From Azolla caroliniana (lineage: Eukaryota; Plantae; Polypodiophyta): 64,000 nucleotides of DNA. The stretch lies in contig JBHGNT010000017.1 of the NCBI GenBank assembly GCA_043228905.1, positions 4,340,001 through 4,404,000 on the forward strand, read 5' to 3'. Below the pieces are notes generated by a model. It ran no database searches. It had not been told where the DNA came from and saw only the letters and a program-made list of their open reading frames with translations. Shown one piece after another: positions 46,387 to 57,777 of this stretch. The stretch's first letter is position 1. Each line of letters starts with the position of its first letter. The position numbers were made by a program, and so were the translations under genes.

Positions 46387-49338
46387 ATGAATAGGACCTT
46401 AAACCACCGCCACATGGCACGCAATGCTATTATAGTACACGACCTGCACATGCGGAGGCTCGAAAAAGGCGCCAAGATACAGAGAGAAAAACCCCCGCGC
46501 ATTGAGACCTTCTCCTATCGTGAACCAAGGAGAACATATGCAGACAGACGTGTGAAGATCAATCGCAGAGAGCTCGCACACAGAGAACCCTCTCACTCAG
46601 AACTTTCTCTCTCACACTCTCCCTACCACCAAACCTCGCCAACGCTCTCCGACCTCGACGCAGAGATGGATTGCCAAACACTGTTTGAAGCCGCTAAGAA
46701 AAGGCTATGGCAGCACGGTCTGGAGGGTTTCTTAATGATCATGGAGGCGACGCCACACAAGGAGGCCGAAAAGATTATCAAAGAAATCGACACAGAGGTG
46801 ATCACGGAGGAGGCGATCCGTGCGTTGACAGGCCTTCCGGAGGGAGGCATCTACACGATCGATAATCCGACCTCCGAGCAGCTCATTAAATATTTCGGTG
46901 AGTACTCTCTCGCCAGCAAGGGCTACAAGACACAGGGCGGCAAAGACATGTTATTCCGCGAAATTTCCCATGTACTCCATGAGTTTGGCCACGTATACCC
47001 TCGACCCCCCGTTATGCCTCAGAACCGAGCAGGCTTGATTATCGCGACATACGAAGGGGTCAAGGTGGATTGGCCGGTGCTGATCGCCGATGGGCTGTGT
47101 ACGACTATTGATATAGTAAGAGGAAAGGACGGCAAGGAAGGCCGGAAAATATGGCATGCGGTGACGAAATGGCTCACCCTATTGGCGCCACTGGTCGAGC
47201 CCGTCCAAATCAAGAAGCGGGGAAGAGCAACGGACGGCACCCCGAAACCTGCTTCGAAACGGCAACAGTTGTTGGCCTCCAAGGCCACTAAGGGGAAGAC
47301 GGCCGACGCAGAGAAGGCCGGGACTCAAGCGGAGGAAATGGAGGAAGAACCCACGGAGCACCTCCAGTAGCGGCTGGTGAAGAGCACCACTGAATCAGCC
47401 GGGAAGCGTTCGGACCCACAGAAGGATGTAACGCCCGCAACTCACACTGAGCATCCCATGCCAAGGGAGGCACCGGAACCGGTTCGGATGGAACTGGTCA
47501 CAGAAGTCCCTACACAACAGGCAGCACCGGCAAGCCCCGTAACTCAAGAGCCGGTTATACAAAGGCCAACCTCCTCAGCCGGCCAAGAACAAGTAGACAA
47601 GGGGCGACTAGCCAAATCACACCCAGAGCCGAAACGGCAAAGTGGTCAGTAGGCAGAACCAGAAGTGCAGCTCGACGCAGTAAGGCGGGACCAGTCACCG
47701 ACAAGTGAAACCATCAGCCAACCTGCCGTGCAGACACAACAACAGTGCACCGGCAGCCAATGGCTCCGGTGGATAGGAGAACAAATTGCTGGAGTAGTCG
47801 GATGCATAGAGGCGGAAGAAAGAGCGCAAACGGAACGGTTGCTCGTCACAACCGATGAACTAGAGACGGCCCGGTCAAGGATCCGGTGCCTCGAACAAGA
47901 CTTGGATCAGATTACAGAGGACATGGCCAAAATGGCCTTAACTGCCACACAAGTCCAAGCACCGGTGACTCCGGTTGATGTACATATGAATAAAACCCCA
48001 GAGATAGAAACTGTTCCAGAGAAAGATGCGGTGCGAGCCCAAGAGCTTGCGGAATTAAGAGACGAACTGGCTGCACAAGAAGCGTTACAGAGCCACGAAC
48101 GCAACTTGAAGAAGGCGACCGAAGAAGAATTAAAAAAGACTACTGAGAACCTCCGCCGGGTAGAGGAAAACCTGCGTAAAGGACATCATGCGTACGACCG
48201 GCTAAAGGAGGAAAAAGAGGAATTGTTGTAGGAAAAAGACAAGCTACGACGGATGGCGGAGACGGAAATTGAGAGGCTGAAGGAAGAACTCTGTCAATAG
48301 AAGGACCGGGAGGACCGCGCACGCCGACAGATGAACCAGAGGCTGAAGCAGAAGACCAATGATTTTGATCAACCGCACCGGGACTACAAGCAGCTGGAGA
48401 CGGAGTATAAGCAACAGCAAGAACGGATGGCCGAGCTCCGGCAAGAAGTTGATAGGGCCACAACGGCACTCGCCAACGAACGAGCTGAGAGTTCCAAGCT
48501 ATTGGAGGAAGCGGCAAATGACAGGATGGAGCTCCACAAACAGAACCATGAAGACAAGGAAAGAGCGACAATGGTATTACAGAGGTTGCAAACAACCTAT
48601 CAAAATCAATTGTGGCATTATAGGGAGCAGGAGGCAGACATGGTCCGAATCATCAAGCAATTGAAATAGGAGCGACAAGCCGCAGAAAACAAATCATGGA
48701 TGGGAGCTAAACGGATCCAGTGCATCCTCCAGTCATGGTTCACCAAGACCAAAAGCTTGATTGACGAGAGCTCTGTGCAATGGTGGATGAAATGGGCGCA
48801 GAATACGGCGGAACTCCAATTGTTTAGAGCGGACGTAGAAAACCGGCGGAAGGAGGGTGACGACTGTTGTACGCTGACATCGGAGGACTTCATCGCCATA
48901 AGGGATGAGCTGGCCGAAGATTTCACAGCCCTGGCGGATGAACAATTGGTGCAGGTCCGACAGCTCGTAGCTCAACTGGACGATGATCGACTGGAGGCTC
49001 AAATCCAGTTTGAGAGCTATGAGCAATCCCGGCTTCAGGAAGAAAAAGCGAGAAAGGCGGCAACGGTCAACCTTAGTGATGAGGAACCGTCGTCGGTACT
49101 AGGACCAGACGGGGACCAGGCCGGGGTCAGTCAACCAGAGACAACTCCGACGGAGGAACCAACAAAGGAAACGCCGGTGCCAGAGCGACAAACGGAGCTG
49201 CAGCCCCAAACGGACAAGGCACAAAAGGAGCAGCCACAGCCACAAATGGAACAACAGCCACATCAGCAACAACAGATTCCCGACGAGCCATTGGAAATTT
49301 TGGAGCAAAGCATTCTGGACATTTTGGACGAAGCGTAA
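46387..49338 (+). pseudogene. Gypsy A extra ORF downstream of pol (single frame broken by TAG codons)
   Basis: ORFs starting at 46387, 47377, 47665, 48331 and 48700 share one frame. Homologous to the Gypsy C ORF (YFGEYS..SK.Y.TQGG, ATYEG..VDW, QWLRW..EQ, RAD.ENRRK, QS.LDIL). Confidence 0.85.
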
Positions 49339-49350
49339 AAGGGCCGGATA

Positions 49351-49390
49351 ATGGGTTCGACGTACAAGGTACTGTCCCACGGGCGTGCCA
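49351..49390 (+). other. tRNA-3'-end-like motif (inverted second PBS) at the PPT position of Gypsy A
   Basis: ATGGG TTCGA C GTAC AAG GTAC T GT CCCAC GGGCGTG CCA, then TG, then the 3' LTR at 49393. Confidence 0.85.
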
Positions 49391-49392
49391 TG

Positions 49393-49846
49393 TGTTACCG
49401 GCTGGCAAGAAGGCTTAAGGAGGTTCAAACCAGAGTGTGAAAAGGAATAGTTTATTTGGGAACTGTTGTAATTAGTAGTCTTAATATATATATTAATATA
49501 TGAGAAGATGTGGACGGACGGACCGTATGCCGATCCGGATCCAGACCGATCCCAAAAAGGTGCCGGTTGGCACCGTTTTGTATTTCGCACCGGAGACCTA
49601 TATAAAGGCCCAGTTACAATGTAATCGAGAGCGGATAATTAATAGAACTTATTGCCTTGATCTTTCAGTATTGATTACCTTTCTGTAATCATTGTTATAT
49701 CTTACACGTGTTAATGGTGTGTTGCTAAGTAATCGATTAAGGTCTAATTAAGAGTTGTGCCGTAAGTCATCTTGCCATAACACCCTTTGGTGAAGTGTCT
49801 TAAGTGGACACCCTGTGTTAGGCTTTGTCCGGCCCTAGGATTAACA
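49393..49846 (+). repeat. 3' LTR of Gypsy A
   Basis: Direct repeat of 24499-24960, followed by TSD tctaa. Confidence 0.95.
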
Positions 49847-50636
49847 TCTAATTCTATGCAATGGAAATGAATTAGATGTGTGTGTGTGTGTGTGATAGAG
49901 AGAGACACGAGGTATACAAAAAATTAGAAAATTGTATATTGACAAGAATAATAACCGACTTACATGAGGAGAGGGTGGTTATATAGTCACCTTCTCTCTA
50001 TACTCTCTTACTAAAACTACCCCTCGGGAAAGGGGGGAAAAACTGAATTACCTTATAACTATGTGTCATAGAAGTTCTGTCTATGACACATTAGTTATTG
50101 TTATATAGTACTAGGGTGTTCACACACTTGGATATTTCTAAGGTGTGTTCCCACACTAGGGAAGTTGAGTTTGATTTTCAACGAACACTAATTCTTGTTT
50201 AGACTCCTTTGCATGGTCAATTGTCATTTGAACATTTAAAATGTAATGTAAAATGTCTCTTTTTGCTAATAACCCATATTGAGCATTATGAATAATAGAA
50301 GGTAAAACGTTATGTAATCTATTGGCCATCACTTTTGCGAAAATCTTACACATTCCCCCCATCAATGAAATAGGTCTCCATTGAGCAAAGGAAGATGGAG
50401 AACGCACCTTTGGCAAAATCTTTATCAAGCCAATCTTCCAAGAATGAGCCATTTCCTCAAATGTCCACACCTTACGAAATAAGACCGTAAAAGGCCCATT
50501 TAACTTGATTATATATTTCTTAAAGAGTTCATTTGTTAATCCATCCCACCCCTGACTCTTATCATTAGCAACATGTAACATGACATGTGGAGTGTGAAGT
50601 CTTCTCATACAACATCACATCCCCCCTAGTTCAGAC

Positions 50637-50735
50637 TAGGAATCGACAATGGTTTGGTTTAGGCTTAACCAATTTGGCTTATCCAAGCCAAAACAGTTAA
50701 GCCTAAACCATTTTGGGGTTCTCAAACCTTAACTA
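50637..50735. mobile_element. Truncated end of a related MITE
   Basis: TAGGAATCGACAATGGTTTGGTTTAGGCTTAACC matches the reverse complement of the 51395 end; no partner end or TSD found. Confidence 0.55.
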
Positions 50736-50811
50736 AAAGAGATGGTGGGTTGCCCCCATGCTTATCAAGTTGGATTTAGAACCCACCATTGATGTTGCTT
50801 GGCATTCAAAG

Positions 50812-51224
50812 TAGGGATCAGCAACGGCTCGGCTCAAGCCTAAACCATTTGGCTTAGCCGGTTTTAAATGGCTTAGCAGCTTGAGTTTGGCTCGGCTTGG
50901 CTTGAGCCTCGCCAAACCGGCTCAAGCCAGTTAAGCTGGTTAGAAACTTTACCAAGAGAGGGAGAGGGAGGGAGGGAAACAACAGACAAGGAGAAAGAGA
51001 GAGTGTGTGTGTGTGAGGGAGACTAAACAGATGATGAGAGAGAGAGAGAGAGTGAGGGAGGGAGAACTACACAGACGAGCAGAGAGAGAGAGACTACACA
51101 GAGGGGGGAGAGAGAGAGGGAGAGGGAGAGAGTCGAGACCACAGATGTGAGAGAGAGAGAGTGGGAGGGAGAGCTTGTACAATGTATACTATATAGTGAG
51201 AGGGAGGGAGAGAGGGAGAGGGAG

Positions 51225-51262
<38 letters not shown>

Positions 51263-51395
51263 TTCCAAGCCGGTTCAGCCTAAACCGGTTCGGTTTGGTT
51301 CAGGTTTGAGATCCCTTAAACAGTTTAGGCTTAGCCGGTTTGGCTTGGATCAGGCCAAACCGGCTAAGCCTAAACCAAACCGTTGTCGATCCCTA
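50812..51395. mobile_element. hAT-type MITE (584 bp) with (GA)n-rich core
   Basis: Perfect 8-bp TSD attcaaag at 50804-11 and 51396-403; TIRs TAGGGATCAGCAACGG / CCGTTGTCGATCCCTA; dense subterminal AAACC/AGCC repeats; no ORF. Confidence 0.9.
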
Positions 51396-52219
51396 ATTCA
51401 AAGCTAGAAGTTGCTTGTTTAATTTGGTTTGACAATTGAGAATATAAGCTTCAAGTGGGTTTTGTGAGTTTTTTTTCATATATAAGCAAAGACATTTAGG
51501 ATCTTGATGTGTAGAAAGCAAAAAGTTTGTATTTTACTTTATGGCTTTGGGATTGTATGCATACATTTAACTTTAAATCTTGGCATCAAGGCAATGTTTT
51601 TCTCACATAAGTTGCTTAATCATTACGTAAGAGATTCAAATTGTTCCACCTTGCATCTCATTATATTAATCGAATTGCAGAGTGGTGATTTTGATCATAA
51701 TCCATGCAATGGTCATGTTTCTAAAAATCAAGGTATTCAAATTATTAAAAGAGATAATCTTATTCTCACTAGGCCCTTTTTACCATGGAAGATGACATCC
51801 ATGTTAAACAAATTGTCCAAATGTTGCATCAAATAGTATGTTTAGAATTAAATTTTCTTGTATAAGGAAGGTGAATAATTTAACCCATTGTCTTCATTGC
51901 TTATCTGACATTCAACTTAATTGTTTGCATATTGTTCTTCGTACCATCAAGAGATGTATGATCCACATTTCATCGCATCAAGGGATACATAACTCATTCC
52001 TCGGATACCAATTATGCCATCACCCCCAAAACCTCAAAATCATTGAAGAAAATTGAAAATGAGGTGGTAATACTCTTGAACCCACTTGTGCAAAGACCCA
52101 TCAGAAAAAAAACCTTCACAGTTTAGTTTGAAACCATGTACTCTTCACAAGTTTGCTCATTGACAATTGGCTTTACAAGATTGGAAACAATTCACTTCCT
52201 GCAATACAAAGAATGTGTA

Positions 52220-55200
52220 TGTTGAGAGACAAGCTCAACATTGGGTGCTAACCCAGTGTGTAGACTGGGTGCGTAAAACCGTATGCAAAATATGGCCGTA
52301 GTGGTGTGTAAACCGAGAGGCCGTTAGAACGTTATTCCTCGTAAGGAATAATTTTAGGGGTAAGTGTAGGATGCTCATTTATGAGCAATCAGGTACTGTA
52401 AGTACTTGTGTCAACTCGATAGTCAAGGCTTGTATAAAAGGTGCTCACGAGCACCAAGCATGTACAGAGAACATACAAAGAATTACGATTTTGAATATAG
52501 TTACGTTCTCTCTCTCTCTCTCTCCCTCTCCTTCTTTGTGATTTCTGTGTTTTACCGAACCGTCGTACTTCCGAACCATGCACTCAGTGTCTTATGCATA
52601 TGCTTCCGCACACGTATTCTTTTACATGGTATTAGAGCGCGAGGGTTGAGACTTCTCTGCAACCGACAGATAAGCTTGCGATAAAGATAGAGTTAAGTTA
52701 TTGTCTTTTGTCAGAAAGGATAAGATAACAATATGGACAAAGGAATGGCAAGCTCGCTATCGACTAAGAAGCTCGATAGAAGCAACTACGCATCTTGGTC
52801 GTACAAGATGCACCAGTATCTACTTGGTCATGGTTACTAGAGTTAATTTCAAAGGAGCTAATGATGCAACACCTGAATCGACACACAGAGATTTTTCGGC
52901 TTGGGAACAAACGGCAAGTAGAGTTCTTTACTGCTTCATGTCATGGTTACTTGGTCATGGTTACTAGAGTTAATTTCAAAGGAGCTAATGATGCAACACC
53001 TGAATCGACACACAGAGATTTTTTGGCTTGGGAACAAACGGCAAGTAGAGTTCTTTACTGCTATCGACTAAGAAGCTCGATAGAAGCAACTACGCATCTT
53101 GGTCGTACAAGATGCACCAGTATCTACTTGGTCATGGTTACTAGAGTTAATTTCAAAGGAGCTAATGATGCAACACCTGAATCGACACACAGAGATTTTT
53201 CGGCTTGGGAACAAACGGCAAGTAGAGTTCTTTACTGCTTCATGTCCTGTGTGAGCGACCAGCTCTTGAGCTACATTCGGGATGCTAAGACGCCAAAGGA
53301 TGTGTGGGCGAATCTCAAGAGTATTTTCACCGCTAGCACAATGGCCAGGAAGCTGCATCTCAGACAAGAGCTTAGCAATGTCCGACAGAAAGATCTGTCT
53401 ATGGCCGATTATATGGCCCGAATCAAGGAGATATGCAATTCCCTCGCCTCCGTCAACGTAAACGTCGAGGAGGACGAAATAGTGCAAGTGTTTCTTGGAG
53501 GGTTAGTGTCAAAGTTCGGAGCATTCCGAACGGCGGTCTGCACAAGCGAGATTACGTCTTCATTCTTCGAGCTTCAGTCGATGTTGATCGTGGAGGAAAA
53601 TCACGCGGGTGCATCAACGAGTACGCATACCGACAACAAGATGTTGTACACGGAGGAAGATAGGCCCCGTAGTCGTGGCGGCCAAGGCGGATCGGCGCGC
53701 AATGGAGGCGACCGAAAAGAGAAGAACGTGCAGCATAATCGAAATGCCGGAAGCAATTCCGAAACCTCCGGAAGTAGGGGAGTCACAGCGGCGCCAGAAG
53801 CCGACAAGAGAAGGCCGCGACGGAATGTTGGTACTGTGGCAAGAAAGGCCACAGGGAGAGCGAGTGTTGGAAGAAGAGAGCTGATTCGGACAAACCCGAA
53901 TCAAGCGGAAGAGACGTAGGAAGGCGTCAAAAATCGCACTACGCCGAAGGCTCCGAATGAGCCGGAAATGGATCGGGCCCAACCTTCGTAATGAAGCACA
54001 AGGCCAATTCGATGGCCGTGAACACCTCGAAATCAAGCGAGGTGTGGTATGTTGATTCCGGAGCGTCAAATCATATGACGATTCATGAGGAATGGTTCTC
54101 GTACTTGGAGAAACTAGAAAAACAAGGAGTGGTCAAAACGGGAGACGACACTCTGCATACCATCGAACATGTCAGAGAAACTCCTCTCAGCCACATCGGG
54201 TAGAAAGGGAAACTTATGAACGTGTTGCACATCCAGACAATAACCAAGAACCTGGTGTCGGTTGGTCCGATCTTCGACCAAGGGATGCAAGTTCGATTCA
54301 CGCACCTCGGGTGCTACATCGAAGAGGAAGGCCAAGTTATTGCGCAAGGGCGTAGTGAAGGGACAATGTTCATCGTCGACACCAATCAAGCCGGAACCAC
54401 GTTGTTTGCTAGAGGACAGAAGGTCGTGTTGTACATCGACTTGTGGTACAAGCAGTTCGGCCATGTTAACTTCCCACGTCTTTGTGAAATGCAAACGAAG
54501 AACATTGTTTTTGGTTTGCCGAAATTTCGAGACTATAATGGCCAAGTCTGCAAAGCCTGCCAACTTGGGAAACAACATTGACTTCCATTCCTCAATGAGC
54601 GTAATCGTAGTTGAAATCCATTGGATTTGATCCATTCGGATCAAATCCATGTTAACTTCCCATGGCTTCGTGAAATGCAAACGAAGAACATTGTTTTTGA
54701 TTTGCCGAAATTTCGGGACTGTAATGGCCAAGTCTGCGAAGCCTGCTAACTCGGGAAACAACACTGACTTCCATTCCCCAATGAGCGTAATCGTAGTTGA
54801 AATCCATTGGATTTGTTCCATTCGGATGTGTGGGGACCAGCACAAAACATGAGTCTCAATGGAAGACATTACTTTGTAACGTTCATCGATGATTTCACTC
54901 GGCATACCTGGGCGTGCTTGATCGCAAAAAAGAGAGAAGTCTTCACGTGGTTCCTGAAGGTGAAAAACCTTGTGGAAAGGGAAACAGGGCGTAAGATCAA
55001 GTGCCTACGGTCCGATGGCAGGAAGGAGTACTTCTCCGACCAGTTCACGAGTTATCTACAGAAGGAGGGAATTCGACACGAATTCTCATGTAGATATACG
55101 CCAAAGCAAAACGGCGTAGCCGAGCGGAAGAATTGGACGATCGAAGAAGCCGCTAGGGAAATGCTTGAAGAGAAGCATATGCCGAAGTTTTACTGGGCTG

Positions 55201-57281
55201 AAGCCATAAGGACAATTGTTTACTTGCGGAATCAAACCTCTACTAATGGAGGAGTGTTGCCACATGAGTTGTATTTCGGAAAGAAGTTGAACTTAGCACA
55301 CTTGAGGATTTTCGGCAGCATTGCGTATGTGCATGTGCCGAAGAAGAAGGGGAGGAAGTTGGACGCCAAAGCCGAGAAGTGTATCTTGGTCGGCTATTCA
55401 GACGACCGGAAGGGGTATAAGTGCTATAACCCCCGGACAAAGGAAGTTCGCGTAAGTCGAGATGTCGTGTTCGACGAATCCGCTTCGTGGTACTTGCCTT
55501 GACCTCCAATACCTCATGATTCTTAAGAAGAGGTCAGTGAGGCTGTGATGCCTCTGCGTGATGAGGATATCGGAGCTCTGATAGAGAGTCTTATGTCATT
55601 TCCGCTAACTGGGCCAAATAAGGGGTTGGGCCAAGATGGCCAACCAAATGAAGAGCCGGCGAGTAGTGGAGACTCGGTCGTGTTGTCCCCGCGTATAGAA
55701 TCGAGGAGACGGTTTACACGTAAAGAAAAAGGAAAGAAGAAAATGTCGGAATACGATTTTGGCAATGTTGAATCAGACCGGAGTGAGTCCAATTTTGGAC
55801 CAATAAAAAAGGAATCTCCACGGAAGAAGTCGAAATCAGCCGAAAAGGTCGTGAAATCGGGTAATCACGAATTACGCCAATCTACTCGCCTGAAGAACCC
55901 CGTAAAGAGGTATGGGTACAATGAATACATGGCACACCATTACGCATACATGACACGAGTGGTGGAAGTGCGTGAGCCGGAGAGTTACGCAGAAGCGGCG
56001 GAAGATGCAAACTAGCGTGCCGCGATGGAGGAAGAGATGCGCTCATTGTCGGACAACAAGACTTGGGACCTGGTTGAAGCACCTAAAGGTGTTAAGCCGA
56101 TCAGATGCAGATGGGTGTTTAAGGTGAAATACAACACCAACGGCTCGGTCAACCGATATAAGGCCCATTTAGTTGCGAAAGGCTACACGTAGAAGCACGA
56201 CGTAGTTTACGACAAGACCTTCGCTCCAGTCGCGAAAATGACTACCGTTTGAGTTCTGCTAGGAGTAGCTGCAATCAAGGGGTGGCATCTACATCAGATG
56301 GATGTAAAGAATGTGTTCCTACAAGATGATCTTGAGGAACAAGTGTACATGGTACAACCCCTTGGATTTCTATCCGAATAGAACACTTCGGTAGTTTGTT
56401 GATTGAAGAAGGCGTTATACGGACTTAAGCAAGCCCCACGAGCTTGGAACGCAAAGATTATGCAACGGTTGCGTAGAATGGGGTTTATGACATCAAAGTC
56501 AGACTCCTCATTGTTCGTTCGGCAAGGTCGACATGGACCGGTTTATCTTTTACTTTAGGTTGATGATTTAGTCATCGCCGGTGCCGACCTGGATGAAATC
56601 GGCCGCGTAAAGTCTCAGCTTGCGGCATCGTTCGACATGAAGGACCTTGGCGATCTTCATTACTTCCTCAAGATCAAAGTGATCCATTCCCCCGAAGGCA
56701 TATTGATCAGTCAATGTCATTACGCGTTGAATATGCTCTTCAAGTTCGGGATGGCAGATTGTAAGCCCATCTCAACCCCTCTAGATAGAAACGGGTAGCT
56801 TTGCCGAGATTCGGGAAAGGCATGCAACCCGACACGGTTTCAATAGATTGTCGGAAGCCTCATCTATTTGACGATCACTTGGCCGGACCTCAGCTATTCG
56901 GTCAGAATGATCAATCAATGTATGTCACAGCCCACGACCGAACACCTTTAGTGCGCGCAAAGGATATTACGATATGTCAGTGACACGAAAGACATGGCGT
57001 TCTTGTATCATGCAAACGTAGTCGAGCAGTTAGTCGGCTACACGGATATCGATTGGGCCAGAAATGCCCACGATCGTAGATCCACCTCCGGATACGCATT
57101 CTCATTGGGAAGTGTGGCGATCACGTGGAGCAGTAAGAAGCAGCTAACATTAGCACTATCGAGCACTGAGGCCGAATATCGAGCGACGACTGGCGCTACG
57201 TGCAAAGTCATTTGGCTAAAACGAGTATTACGGGATTTGCACATGGAGGTGTCTGATCCAACGATCATGTATTGTGACAAC
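52220..57281 (+). mobile_element. Copia D: degraded Ty1/Copia related to Copia B, interrupted in RNase H by Gypsy E; 3' end beyond the window
   Basis: 5' LTR 52220-52626 (TGTTGAG...TTTACA); PBS TGGTATTAGAGC at 52627; [57 protein letters not shown]| at 57281. Confidence 0.92.
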
Positions 57282-57737
57282 TGTTACCCGTTCCTTTGGG
57301 TGAACACCTTCGATAGATCTGCGTCTATCGGTCTTCAAGGGCGTGGTACGTGAAGGCTCGTACAAAGGCGTCGAGAGAGATACAGGGCTCAGAGAGAAAA
57401 CACTAGCGAGGTTTGGATAGACGTGGCGGCGTGAAACTCATAGATATAGATTGAACCACAGACTCATGCAGCAAAATAGGCACAAATAAGATATATTACT
57501 ATGGCAAAAAAGGATTACAGAACACGGCCTATGGTCGGTGACCTTTCGAGTTTATCTAATTCGAATGACTAGACTAGTGCTTCCGCCTATAATTTTCTTC
57601 TCCCCCTTTCTGAGGTACTGCCCCTTGTTTAAATAACTTTTCCCCTAACACACCGTCGAGCCATCGGTGGCCCGTGATACTCGGACTTGGCGTTTGCTAA
57701 TTTCCTAATTTTACATTTCTCTCCTCTGGACAACACC

Positions 57738-57777
57738 TGGCACGCCCGTGGGACAGGACCTTGTCCGTCGGACCCAC
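57738..57777 (-). other. tRNA-3'-end-like motif (inverted second PBS) at the PPT position of Gypsy E
   Basis: Element sense: GTGGG TCCGA C GGAC AAG GTCC T GT CCCAC GGGCGTG CCA, then GG, then the 3' LTR. Confidence 0.85.

Larger units (their letters stand above)
24499..49846 (+). mobile_element. Gypsy A: non-chromovirus Ty3/Gypsy element (Athila/Tat-related, no archaeal RNase H seen), degraded, containing nested Copia B and Gypsy C
   Basis: LTRs 24499-24960 and 49393-49846 (TG...CA); TSD tctaa at 24494-98 and 49847-51; PBS TGGCGACCAC at 24968; order gag-PR-RT-RH-INT(GPY/F) followed by an extra ORF. Confidence 0.95.
24478..50183. mobile_element. ~350-bp solo LTR (24478-24498 plus 49852-50183), split by Gypsy A and inserted in the LINE
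   Basis: Starts TGTAAAG and ends TTTTCAACG (mutated CA). Flanked by near-TSD aatac (24473-77) / aacac (50184-88). Removing it restores the LINE frame KQELV-LLQLDVEKAYD. Confidence 0.75.
50184..52219 (-). mobile_element. Upstream continuation of the L1/Tx1-type LINE (RT N-terminal half), interrupted by MITE sequences
   Basis: DKSQGWDGLTNELFKKY...WKIGLIKILPK...QWRPISLMGGMCKIFAKVMANRL...IIHNAQYG...R.I; joins in frame to 24477. The part 51404-52219 is much more decayed and its assignment is less certain. Confidence 0.75.

Noticed and set aside
46387-49338. In-frame TAG/TGA codons as readthrough or U-to-C editing sites
   Set aside because: They fit C>T decay of CAG/CGA in methylated TE DNA, their positions differ between A and C, and U-to-C editing is known from organelles, not nuclear TEs.
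49351-49390. Possible true tRNA gene or tRNA-derived SINE
   Set aside because: Only the T-arm and 3' acceptor strand are present. There is no D-arm, anticodon arm or A-box, and the T-loop carries an insertion. Treated as a cis-element.
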